A stretch of DNA of 64,000 nucleotides from Thermoanaerobaculia bacterium (lineage in GTDB: Bacteria > Acidobacteriota > Thermoanaerobaculia > UBA5066), in contig JBBRRY010000018.1 in the NCBI GenBank assembly GCA_038245905.1, positions 1-64,000 on the forward strand, written 5' to 3'. The stretch's first letter is position 1; each line of letters opens with the position of its first letter. This document shows, in pieces, positions 8,923 through 19,630 of this stretch. Both the position numbers and the translations under genes were made by a program. Below the pieces are notes generated by a model that was given only the letters and a program-made list of their open reading frames with translations, was not told where the DNA came from and did no database searches.

Positions 8923-9834
8923 ATGAAGCTGAATCGCCGGTCTTTGTTCAAGCTCGCCGCCGCCGCCGGAACCGCCGGAGTGGCCGGCGCGGCGGCGACG
9001 TCGCGGGCCTCGGTCCTGCCCGCCTCGAAGGACGCGCGGGGCGTCCTCGTCGATACGACGCGCTGCGTCGGCTGCCGCGCCTGCGAGGCCGCCTGCGCCG
9101 AGGCGAACGCGCTGCCAGGCCCCGAGAAACCCGGGGACGATTCCGTGTTTGCGTCGAAGCGCGCGACGAGCCCCACGGCCTACACGGTCGTCCAGAAGAG
9201 CGCCCTCAAGAGTTCGGCTGGCGACGACCGCTATGCCAAGACGCAGTGCATGCACTGCGTGACGCCCGCCTGCGCCTCGGGATGCGTCGTCAAGGCTCTC
9301 GAGAAAACGCCCGAGGGGCCGGTCGTGTACCACACGGACCGCTGTCTCGGATGCCGCTACTGCATGATCGTGTGCCCCTTCGGAGTTCCGAAGTACGAGT
9401 TTTCGAGCGCGACGCCGCTCGTGAAGAAGTGCACCTTCTGCGCCGAGCGCCAGAAGAAGGGCCTCTCGCCGGCCTGCACCGAGGTCTGCCCCTCGGGCGC
9501 GCTCCAGTTCGGCAAACGCGCCGACCTCCTCGAGGAGGCCAAGACGCGCATCTACACGAACCCCGACAAGTACGTCCACGAGATCTACGGAGAGAGCGAA
9601 GCCGGAGGCACGAGCTGGCTGTACATCTCCGACGTGCCGTTCGCGTCGCTGGCGCTCCCCGCCGGCATCGAGAAGAAATCGTATCCGGAGCTCGCCGACG
9701 GCGCGCTCTCGGCCGTGCCTTTCATCATCACGCTCTGGCCCCCGCTCCTGATGGGCATGTACACCTTCTCGAAGCGCCGCGACGAAGTGGCGGCGGCGGA
9801 AGGCACCGAAAGGCAGGAGGAAGGTCATGTCTGA
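8923..9834 (+). CDS. Tat-exported 4x[4Fe-4S] ferredoxin subunit, HybA/HmcB/NrfC-like, C-terminal TM anchor
   Basis: Tat signal MKLNRRSLFK; 16 Cys in four ferredoxin groups (CVGCRACEAAC, CMHCVTPACASGC, CLGCRYCMIVCP, CTFC..CTEVCP); C-terminal hydrophobic helix. Confidence 0.9.
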   Translation: MKLNRRSLFKLAAAAGTAGVAGAAATSRASVLPASKDARGVLVDTTRCVGCRACEAACAEANALPGPEKPGDDSVFASKRATSPTAYTVVQKSALKSSAGDDRYAKTQCMHCVTPACASGCVVKALEKTPEGPVVYHTDRCLGCRYCMIVCPFGVPKYEFSSATPLVKKCTFCAERQKKGLSPACTEVCPSGALQFGKRADLLEEAKTRIYTNPDKYVHEIYGESEAGGTSWLYISDVPFASLALPAGIEKKSYPELADGALSAVPFIITLWPPLLMGMYTFSKRRDEVAAAEGTERQEEGHV

Positions 9835-11056
9835 GCAGGCGCTGAAACCCGCGTTCCTCGGTGGCACCTGGATGAAGGAGAACGTCTTTCTCGGGATGTC
9901 CTTCCGGGCTTACGTGAAGAGTCTCTTGACTCCCTTCAACGCGATTGCCGCCGCGATCCTTCTCGCCGGAATCCCGACGATGATCTTCCGCTTCTGGAAA
10001 GGTCTCGGCGCGGTGACGAACCTGTCCCAGACGAACCCGTGGGGCATCTGGGTCGCCTTCGACGTCGTGTGCGGCGTCGCGCTCGCGGCGGGCGGCTACA
10101 CGGTCGCCTGCGCTGTCTACATCTTCGGCCAGAAGGCTTACCGGCCGATCCTGCGCCCTGCGATCCTGACCGGCTTCCTCGGTTACGCCCTCGTCCTGTT
10201 CGGGCTCATCGTGGACCTCGGCCAGCCGTGGCGCCTCCCCTATCAGTTCTTCCTGACGCCCGGCACCACGGCGGTCATGTACGAGGTCGGCTGGTGCGTC
10301 TTCCTGTACTTGATGGTCATCGGCCTCGAGTTCGCGCCCGCCTTGCTGGAATGGCTCGGCCTCGTGAAAGTGCGCCGCCTCCTCGGCTCGCTCACGATCG
10401 GCATCATCGTCCTAGGCGTCACCCTCTCGACGCTCCACCAGTCTTCCCTTGGTGCCTTCTTCCTGATGACGCCGGGCAAGCTCCACCCTCTCTGGTACTC
10501 GCCGTTCCTCCCGATCTTCTTCTTCGTCTCCTCGATCGCTGCCGGCATCGGCATGGTGATCGTCGAGAGCGCGCTCTCGCATCGCGCCTTCCACGACCGG
10601 CTCGACCCGGCGGCTCCGGTCGATCTCGACAAAATCACGCTCGGGCTCGCCAAGGGCGGCGCGGTGGTCCTCTTCGCGTACTTCTTCATCCGGCTGCAGG
10701 GCCTCGTCGCGAGCGGCCGCTTCGACCTCCTCGCGACCGGTTGGGGAGCCTGGTACCTCCTCGAGATCCTCGGCTTCATCCTCCTGCCGTCGCTCCTCTT
10801 CGCCTTCGCGGCGCGGCGTCAGAGCGCGCGGTTGGCCCGGGTCGCCGGGCTCCTCACGGTCCTCGGTGTCGTCCTGAACCGCTTCAACGTCTCGCTCATC
10901 GCCTTCAACTGGAACGTCCCGGACCGCTACGTCCCGAGCGCGGGCGAGGTCATCACGTCGCTCACGATCGTGACGATCGGCGTCCTCGTCTTCCGCTGGA
11001 TCGTGGACCGCATGCCGGTCGTGCACGAGCACCCCGACTGGCGCGGCGCGCACTGA
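9827..11056 (+). CDS. NrfD/PsrC-family integral membrane subunit (HybB/HmcC-like)
   Basis: TNLSQTNPWGIWVAFDVVCGVALAAGG, DLGQPWRL, LSTLHQSSLG, KLHPLWYSP; about 10 TM helices. Confidence 0.9.
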   Translation: MSEQALKPAFLGGTWMKENVFLGMSFRAYVKSLLTPFNAIAAAILLAGIPTMIFRFWKGLGAVTNLSQTNPWGIWVAFDVVCGVALAAGGYTVACAVYIFGQKAYRPILRPAILTGFLGYALVLFGLIVDLGQPWRLPYQFFLTPGTTAVMYEVGWCVFLYLMVIGLEFAPALLEWLGLVKVRRLLGSLTIGIIVLGVTLSTLHQSSLGAFFLMTPGKLHPLWYSPFLPIFFFVSSIAAGIGMVIVESALSHRAFHDRLDPAAPVDLDKITLGLAKGGAVVLFAYFFIRLQGLVASGRFDLLATGWGAWYLLEILGFILLPSLLFAFAARRQSARLARVAGLLTVLGVVLNRFNVSLIAFNWNVPDRYVPSAGEVITSLTIVTIGVLVFRWIVDRMPVVHEHPDWRGAH

Positions 11057-11074
11057 GAAGGGAAAGAAACAGCC

Positions 11075-11740
11075 ATGAACGAACACAGCCTCCTCAGCCC
11101 CTATACCGCGAAGGCCCTCGAATACGGTCTCGCGATCTCCTATCTCGTCCTCTTCGTTCCCTTCTGGCGCTTCGTCCAGGGCGAGACGCCCGCCCACGCC
11201 TTCGGCTTTGGCTGGTTCCAGGTTCCGAACGGGGTCCACCTGCACGCCGGTCACGCCTGGGCGCGGCCCGAGGGCGGCACGGTGGAAGTCGGCCTCGACG
11301 ACTTCGCGCACAAGCTCTTGGGCCCCATGGACCAGATCTTCCTGCCTCCGATCGGAGCGCCGGTGCGGCAGGGACAGAAGGCGTTTTCCCTCATGGCCGG
11401 AGGCCAGGAGCTCGACGTGCTCTCGCCGGTCGACGGCCACGTCGTCGCGGTGAACGAGACGGCCCGCGCGCATCCCGGCGATGCGCTCCGCGACCCATAC
11501 GGCGCGGGTTGGCTCATGAAGGTCGAACCCCGCTGGCTGACCGGCAACCTCAAGAACCTCTTCACAGGCGAGGGAGCCCGCCGTTTCCTCGACGCCGCGG
11601 CCGGGAAGCTCGCCCAGCGCCTGACGCCTCAGCTCGGGGTGGTTCTGCAGGACGGCGGCACTCCGGTCCACGGCATCGCCCGGGCCCTCGACCCGGATCA
11701 CTGGGACGAGCTGGCCCGCCGGTTCCTGGGCGGAAAGTGA
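11075..11740 (+). CDS. Membrane-anchored GcvH-fold protein lacking the lipoyl lysine (copy 1)
   Basis: HAWA..VEVGLDDFA..SPVDGHVVAVN..DPYGAGWLMKV H-protein pattern; the ESVK hairpin is replaced by MAGG; N-terminal TM helix. Confidence 0.85.
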   Translation: MNEHSLLSPYTAKALEYGLAISYLVLFVPFWRFVQGETPAHAFGFGWFQVPNGVHLHAGHAWARPEGGTVEVGLDDFAHKLLGPMDQIFLPPIGAPVRQGQKAFSLMAGGQELDVLSPVDGHVVAVNETARAHPGDALRDPYGAGWLMKVEPRWLTGNLKNLFTGEGARRFLDAAAGKLAQRLTPQLGVVLQDGGTPVHGIARALDPDHWDELARRFLGGK

Positions 11741-11750
11741 GCCTCACGTC

Positions 11751-12101
11751 ATGAGACACGTCCGTCTGTCGGCCATTCTCCTGACGCTCGGGCTCACCGT
11801 CACGGTTCTCGGGGGCGGCCTCCCCCGCCTTCCGAAGGACCGCACTCTCCCTCAGGGAGACGGCAGCCCAGGCGTCGTGACCTTCCGCCACGCGAGCCAC
11901 GTCGACGGCACGAAGCCAGACTGCACGACGTGCCATCCGGCGCTCTTTTCGATCCTGCCTCCGTCCTCGACGCGCGCGGCCCTCGCGCTCAAACACGCCG
12001 ACATGGAAAAGGGTGCGGCGTGCGGGAAATGCCACGACGGCAAGAGCGCCCACGGATTCGAGGACTGCGCGACCTGTCACGCGGTACCGAAAGAAAGGTG
12101 A
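11751..12101 (+). CDS. Periplasmic triheme c7-type cytochrome
   Basis: Signal peptide; VTFRHASH; three CxxCH motifs (CTTCH, CGKCH, CATCH). Confidence 0.9.
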   Translation: MRHVRLSAILLTLGLTVTVLGGGLPRLPKDRTLPQGDGSPGVVTFRHASHVDGTKPDCTTCHPALFSILPPSSTRAALALKHADMEKGAACGKCHDGKSAHGFEDCATCHAVPKER

Positions 12102-12106
12102 GCATC

Positions 12107-12820
12107 ATGGAAGCCCTCCTCGCGCTGCTTACGGGAGTCGCCATCTTCGTGGTCGGCCTCCTGGCCCGGCTTCTCTTCCTCGTCGCCTTCGTCGCGGTCG
12201 CCATCGTGCCGGTCCTTGCGGCATGGGGGCTCTATTACGCGGCGGAAAAAACCCTCCTGTGGCTGAAGGCCCGCCGCCTCGGACTCGTGGAAGTCGAGGG
12301 GCTCCTTCTGGCTGAGAACCGGCGCTACGCACCCGCGCACACATGGCTCGACGAAGAGCACGGCGGCCGCCTGCGAGTAGGCCTCGACGATCTCGCCGGA
12401 CACCTCGTGCATGGCGTCACGGCCGTCACCTTGCCGCAGCCTGGCAGCACGATCGCCGCCGGCCGTCCCGCCGTGACGATCGCCTGCGGTGCCCGCACCG
12501 CCGTCATTGCGGCTCCGGTGACCGGGACGATCGTCGCCGTGAACGCGCGCGTCGGGAATCACCCGACGCTCCTCCGTTTGTCCCCGTACGAGAAGGGGTG
12601 GCTGTTCACGGTGCGTCCGGCGTCGGACGCCTATCGCAGCTTCCCGATCGGTCTCGAGGCACGAGCGTGGTTCCGCGGCGAGGAGGCGCGTCTCTCGCGC
12701 TTTTTCGAAGGCGAGCTCGGGCTTGCCGCTGCGGACGGCGGCGAGCTCATTCTGCCGCCGTCGGTTCTCCTGTCCGAGGAAAAGTGGCGACAGGCCGTTT
12801 CGTCTTTCCTCGAGGCCTGA
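12107..12820 (+). CDS. Membrane-anchored GcvH-fold protein lacking the lipoyl lysine (copy 2)
   Basis: Long N-terminal hydrophobic segment; HTWL..LRVGLDDLA..APVTGTIVAVN..SPYEKGWLF; hairpin ACGA in place of ESVK. Alternative start GTG 12098. Confidence 0.85.
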   Translation: MEALLALLTGVAIFVVGLLARLLFLVAFVAVAIVPVLAAWGLYYAAEKTLLWLKARRLGLVEVEGLLLAENRRYAPAHTWLDEEHGGRLRVGLDDLAGHLVHGVTAVTLPQPGSTIAAGRPAVTIACGARTAVIAAPVTGTIVAVNARVGNHPTLLRLSPYEKGWLFTVRPASDAYRSFPIGLEARAWFRGEEARLSRFFEGELGLAAADGGELILPPSVLLSEEKWRQAVSSFLEA

Positions 12821-12849
12821 GCCCCGGCTGTCCGCCGCACGGAACCCCG

Positions 12850-12877
12850 AAGGCCGCCCTCCTGGGCGGCCTTTTTT
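12850..12877 (+). terminator. Intrinsic terminator closing the sigma54 operon
   Basis: AAGGCCGCCC-TCCT-GGGCGGCCTT followed by a T run. Confidence 0.9.
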
Positions 12878-12923
12878 CCGTCTTTCTGTCAAAATCGGCG
12901 GTTCGAAAGAAGGAGACTCACCC

Positions 12924-13763
12924 ATGCGTCGAACCGTTCTCGTCCTCGTCCTCGCCCTCACCGCCGCCTGTGGACAGAAGCCCGCGGCCCCCGCGGCCGA
13001 GAAGCCGGCCGCCGCGCCCGCGGCCGCCGCCGTTCACCAGGCTCCCCAGCCGGCGCTGACGAGTGTTTCGGGCACGGTCGAGGAGACCCTCGACGCCTCC
13101 GACTACACGTACATGCGCCTCAAGACGAACGGCGGCGGCGAGACCTGGGCCGCCATTACGAAGGCGAAGATCCAGAAGGGCGACCACGTCACGGTCGTGA
13201 ACGCGATGTCGATGGACGGCTTCGAAAGCAAGACGCTGAACCGAAAGTTCGACCACATCGTGTTCGGCAGCCTCGGAGACGGAAAGGCGGGCACGCCTCC
13301 GGCGCCTGTCTCGGCGCACGGCGCCGCGGCCGACACGCCGAAGGATGCACCGATGGCCGCGCCGCACGCCTCCGTCTCGGACGTCAAGGCGGACGCGATG
13401 GACATGAAGGTCGCGAAGGCCGAAGGGAAGGACGCTTACACGATCGCGCAGGTCTTCGCCGACCGCGCGAAGCTGAAGGACAGGATCGTGACCGTGCGCG
13501 GCAAGGTCGTGAAGGCGAACGGCGGCATCATGGGCCGCAACTGGTACCACATCCGCGACGGCTCGGGCTCGCACGAGAAGAAGGACGACGACCTGACCGT
13601 GACGTCCAACGACGCCGCGGTCGTCGGCGACGTCGTCGTCGTGAAGGGCGTCGTCCACGTCGAAAAGGACTTCGGCGCCGGCTACCAGTATCCCGTCGTC
13701 CTCGAGGACGCGAAGGTCACGAAAGAGCCGGCCTCGACACGGGTGGAGGCGTCGCGGCCGTAG
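12924..13763 (+). CDS. Lipoprotein with NrfJ-like and OB-fold domains
   Basis: AAGGAG SD; lipobox LTAAC; GTVEETLDASDYTY..WAA..FESKTLNRKFDHIVF; IMGRNWYHIRDGSG..KDFGAGYQY. Confidence 0.7.
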   Translation: MRRTVLVLVLALTAACGQKPAAPAAEKPAAAPAAAAVHQAPQPALTSVSGTVEETLDASDYTYMRLKTNGGGETWAAITKAKIQKGDHVTVVNAMSMDGFESKTLNRKFDHIVFGSLGDGKAGTPPAPVSAHGAAADTPKDAPMAAPHASVSDVKADAMDMKVAKAEGKDAYTIAQVFADRAKLKDRIVTVRGKVVKANGGIMGRNWYHIRDGSGSHEKKDDDLTVTSNDAAVVGDVVVVKGVVHVEKDFGAGYQYPVVLEDAKVTKEPASTRVEASRP

Positions 13764-13793
13764 GGCGCGTCGCCCCGACACAACGAATTGATG

Positions 13794-15947
<2,154 letters not shown>

Positions 15948-16050
15948 TGTTTTCGGAATCTTACCCGCCAGGAGGAATGATCCGGGGAGCCGGCGCGATC
16001 CGGAATAGGGAAGGGACGATCAGCCGTCCCGCCCACGATGGAGGTTTCCC

Positions 16051-16872
16051 ATGACGTCTTGCCATCCGCGTCTCTTTCGCGTCTCTAGCGCCGCCACCCT
16101 GATCCTCGTCCTCGCCTCGGCGGCCTTCGCGCCCCACGCGCTTCGGGCCGCCTCGAAGTTCTCGTATGAGGACTGGAACAAGGTCCTCGGGAAGTTCGTG
16201 GACGCCCGCGGCTACGTGAACTATGACGCGCTCGCGAAGGACCGGGGGGATCTCGACCGGTTTCTCGCTTCCATCGAAAAAGCGAGTCCACGCTCCAACC
16301 CCGAGCTGTTCCCGGCGAAGAACGACCGGCTTGCATACTGGCTCAACGCATACAACGCGCAGGTCTTCAAGGGCGTCCTCGCGCGCGGGCCGGAGAAGGA
16401 AAGCGTCTGGAAGGGCGGCCTTTTCTCGGGCTACTCGTTTTTCGTCGGCATGGATATAGTCCTCGGCGGCGAGAAGCTGAACCTGAAGAAGCTCGAGGAC
16501 AAAACGGTACGCGAGGAGTTCAAGGACCCCCGCGTCCATGCCGCCCTGAACTGCGCCTCGAAGGGCTGTCCGCGCCTTCCCGCGGTCGCGTTCGACCCCG
16601 AGAAGCTCGACGACCAGCTCGACGAAGGCATGAAGGGCTTCGTGGCCGACGCCCGCAACGTGTCGATCGACGATGCCGCGAAGACCGTCACGCTCTCGAA
16701 GATCCTGGACTGGTTCGCCGGCGACTTCATCTCCTACGAGAAGGCCCACGGAGACCCGAACGGCACCCAGATCGACTACGTGAACCGCTACCGTGGCACG
16801 CTGCCGAAGATTCCGAAGGGCTACGCCATGAAGTTCTTCGAGTACGACAAGAGCGTGAACAGGCAACAGTAG
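16051..16872 (+). CDS. Secreted DUF547-domain protein
   Basis: Signal peptide; LAYWLNAYNA; DPRVHAALNCASKGCPRL; SKILDWFAGDF. Confidence 0.85.
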   Translation: MTSCHPRLFRVSSAATLILVLASAAFAPHALRAASKFSYEDWNKVLGKFVDARGYVNYDALAKDRGDLDRFLASIEKASPRSNPELFPAKNDRLAYWLNAYNAQVFKGVLARGPEKESVWKGGLFSGYSFFVGMDIVLGGEKLNLKKLEDKTVREEFKDPRVHAALNCASKGCPRLPAVAFDPEKLDDQLDEGMKGFVADARNVSIDDAAKTVTLSKILDWFAGDFISYEKAHGDPNGTQIDYVNRYRGTLPKIPKGYAMKFFEYDKSVNRQQ

Positions 16873-16883
16873 ACTCCCAGTTC

Positions 16884-17711
16884 TTGGTTCATCCTTCCAT
16901 CGCGGTTCTGGACGTCGGCTTCGTGAAGCATCCGGACCTGCCTCCGCGCCGCGTGATCGCGTGCCGTGACGCGACGGGCCGCCGCGTCGTGCCGTTCCGC
17001 TACGGCGACCCGAGGTTCTACGCCGAGCACGGGACGCGCACGATGCTGCTCGCGGCCGGGGATGGTCACGGAAGCGGCCTCGTCTCGCCGTCTCCGCACG
17101 CCCGGGTCGTGCTTCTGAAGGTGGGGTTGGGACACCGCGTCCCGAGGCACGCGATCGTGCGGGCCTTCCGCTGGCTCCTCGCGCGGGGAGCCGCATACGG
17201 GATCCGCGTCGTCCTCTGCCCGTTCGGGGACGATCCCGAGAGGCGGGGCCATCGCAGCGAGGTCCCTTCCCTCGTCCGGGCCCTGGATGAACGCGGCATC
17301 GTGGTCGTCGCGGCTGCGGGTTGGGATCCGGCGGGGGCGTGCGTGTCGCCAGCCTCCTCGCCGCATGCCATCGGGGTCGGTGGCTGGGACATCGAGGCGA
17401 AGCGTCCGGCTCGCGGGCCGCGGGTGGGCGTCGTGGGCGGGGTCTTGAAGCCAGATCTTCTCGCTCCGGCGGTACCGCTCGTCGTGCCGGCGCTGGACGG
17501 GCTGCATCGGGAGAAGGCGGGGGGAACCTCGTTCGCGGCCTCCCTCGTGGCGGGGGCCACCCTGGCGCTCGTGAGCGCGGACCCCCGGCTCGACCGCGCT
17601 GGCGTCCTCGGTCTGCTTTCGGGCGTCGCCCGGCGGATACCCGGCCAGCCCCCGGCCCTCGATCTCCGCGCGCTCTTCCGGTTGGGGATTCCCGTCCGGC
17701 GAGCAGGCTGA
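16884..17711 (+). CDS. Compact S8 (subtilase)-family peptidase-like protein
   Basis: IAVLDVG (Asp), HGT (His), GGTSFAA (Ser), KPDLLAP. Confidence 0.75.
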   Translation: MVHPSIAVLDVGFVKHPDLPPRRVIACRDATGRRVVPFRYGDPRFYAEHGTRTMLLAAGDGHGSGLVSPSPHARVVLLKVGLGHRVPRHAIVRAFRWLLARGAAYGIRVVLCPFGDDPERRGHRSEVPSLVRALDERGIVVVAAAGWDPAGACVSPASSPHAIGVGGWDIEAKRPARGPRVGVVGGVLKPDLLAPAVPLVVPALDGLHREKAGGTSFAASLVAGATLALVSADPRLDRAGVLGLLSGVARRIPGQPPALDLRALFRLGIPVRRAG

Positions 17712-17723
17712 TATGTTATCGGG

Positions 17724-18200
17724 GTGAATCAAAACGCAGACGAGCGGCGGGTCTTCGACGACTTCCTGAGAAAGAAGGGCCTAAAGGTCACGCGTGAGCG
17801 GACGGCCCTCTTCGACGAAATCTTCTCGACCCATCGGCACTTCGACGCGGAGGATCTCGTCATCCGCATGCGCGACCGCGGCACGAAGGTGAGCCGAGCG
17901 ACGATCTACCGCACGCTGGAGCTCCTGCACGAATGCGGGCTCGTGGGGCGCGTGCGGCTGAACGAGGAGAAGTACCGCTACGAGAGGCTGCGCAAGGGTG
18001 AGCACCACGATCACCTCGTGTGCTCGAGCTGCGGGAAGGTCATCGAGTTCATCGACGCGGCCATCGAGAAGCGCCAGGAAGCGGTCTGCAAGGAATACGA
18101 CTTCACCGCCACGTCGCACTCCCACCAGATCCGGGGCCTCTGCTCGGCCTGCCGCAAATCGGCCTCAAAAACCACCGCGAGGTCCGCCGGCGTAGTCTGA
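17724..18200 (+). CDS. Fur-family transcriptional regulator
   Basis: HFDAEDL, SRATIYRTL, HHDHLVCSSCG, CSAC. Confidence 0.92.
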   Translation: MNQNADERRVFDDFLRKKGLKVTRERTALFDEIFSTHRHFDAEDLVIRMRDRGTKVSRATIYRTLELLHECGLVGRVRLNEEKYRYERLRKGEHHDHLVCSSCGKVIEFIDAAIEKRQEAVCKEYDFTATSHSHQIRGLCSACRKSASKTTARSAGVV

Positions 18201-18202
18201 GG

Positions 18203-19624
18203 GTGGCCCCCGCCCTCGTCCTTCTTCGCCGAAACCTCCGCCTGGACGACAACCGACCGCTGGATGCGGCGCTCAGGGCTTCGGAGGCCGTCGTCCCGGT
18301 GTTCGTCCTCGACGACCACTTCATCACGGAGGATTTCTCGCCGCCCCGGCTCGCGTTTCTCGCCGGATCTCTGAAAGATCTGGCGGTCGCTCTCGAGGCG
18401 AAGGGCTCGCGTCTCGTCGTGCGGAAAGGGCCCGTGGGCGCCGCGCTCGCCGCGCTCGCCCGGGAGACGGGAGCGGACGCGGTCTTCACGCACGCGGACC
18501 ACGAGCCGCACGGGCGGGCTCTCTTCGCGGACGCGCGCGCGTCGCTGGACGCTCTCGGCGTAGCGCTCCACGCGGTCGAGGATCTTCTCCTCGTCCCTCC
18601 GGATGCGCTCCTGACAGAGGCCGGCAAGCCCTTCACGGTCTACACCCCGTTCTCCCGGCGATGGCTCGAACGCGACAAGGAGGCGCCCCTCCCGGAGCCG
18701 TCTCGGATTCCGACCCCCGACGCGGTTCGCGCGGCGTCGTTTCCGTCGATTCCCCTCGACAGGCCGAGCGGCCTCCGCCAGACAGGGGCTTCGCGCAATC
18801 CGCGCGGCGGATCGGGAGAGGCCCGGCGCGTCTGGAACGCCTTCCGTGAATCCGCGCTCGTGCGCTACGCCGTCGAGCGCGACCGGCCGGATCTTCCCGG
18901 CACGTCGCGCCTCTCGCCTCACCTGCGCTTCGGGACGATCGGGATCCGCAGAGTGCTCGCCGAGGCGAAGGAGACATGGAAGGAGGCCTCGGCCGCGGGT
19001 CGAAAGAGCATCGAGACGTTCATCAAAGAGCTCGCCTGGCGCGAGTTCTACGCCGCCATTCTCTTTCACAATCCGCGCGTCCTCACGGAGAACTTCCGGA
19101 TCGAATTCGACGCCTTCCCATGGCGCACAGGCGAGGAGGCCGACCGCCTCTTCGCGGCGTGGGCTGGGGGCCGCACCGGCTATCCGATCGTGGACGCCGG
19201 AATGCGGCAGCTCCTCGCGGAAGGCTGGATGCACAACCGCGTGCGGATGATCGTCGCGTCGTTTCTCACGAAGGACCTTCTCCTCGACTGGCGCCGCGGC
19301 GAACGCATTTTCCGACGTCATCTCGCCGACGGCGACCCGGCCTCGAACGGCGGAGGCTGGCAGTGGGCCGCGGGTTCGGGCACCGACGCGCAGCCTTTCT
19401 TCCGCATCTTCAATCCGGTCCTGCAGGGCCGGAAGTTCGACCCCGACGCGGCCTACGTGAAGCGGTGGATTCCGGAGCTCGCGAACTCCGCGGCGGAACC
19501 GGCCGATCTCCACGCCCCGTGGACGCTCGAGACGCCGCCGCCGGACTACCCTGCTCCCATTGTCGATCACCTTGCCGCTCGCGCCGCGGCGCTCGCCGCA
19601 TTCGCGACGCTGAAGAAGGCGTGA
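18203..19624 (+). CDS. phrB: Deoxyribodipyrimidine photolyase (class I CPD type)
   Basis: RNLRLDDN, TSRLSPHLRFG, GRTGYPIVDAGMRQL, GWMHNRVRMIVASFL, WQWAAG. Start GTG 18203. Confidence 0.9.
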   Translation: MAPALVLLRRNLRLDDNRPLDAALRASEAVVPVFVLDDHFITEDFSPPRLAFLAGSLKDLAVALEAKGSRLVVRKGPVGAALAALARETGADAVFTHADHEPHGRALFADARASLDALGVALHAVEDLLLVPPDALLTEAGKPFTVYTPFSRRWLERDKEAPLPEPSRIPTPDAVRAASFPSIPLDRPSGLRQTGASRNPRGGSGEARRVWNAFRESALVRYAVERDRPDLPGTSRLSPHLRFGTIGIRRVLAEAKETWKEASAAGRKSIETFIKELAWREFYAAILFHNPRVLTENFRIEFDAFPWRTGEEADRLFAAWAGGRTGYPIVDAGMRQLLAEGWMHNRVRMIVASFLTKDLLLDWRRGERIFRRHLADGDPASNGGGWQWAAGSGTDAQPFFRIFNPVLQGRKFDPDAAYVKRWIPELANSAAEPADLHAPWTLETPPPDYPAPIVDHLAARAAALAAFATLKKA

Positions 19625-19630
19625 CCCGTC

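Noticed and set aside
8923-11056. Calling the locus hydrogenase-2 (hybAB) or formate dehydrogenase
   Set aside because: No NiFe large/small subunit, molybdopterin subunit or maturation genes lie between promoter and terminator.
11075-12820. Calling these genes gcvH (glycine cleavage) or lbpA
   Set aside because: The lipoyl Lys is absent, TM anchors are present, and no gcvP/gcvT, lipoate ligase or sHdr genes are nearby.
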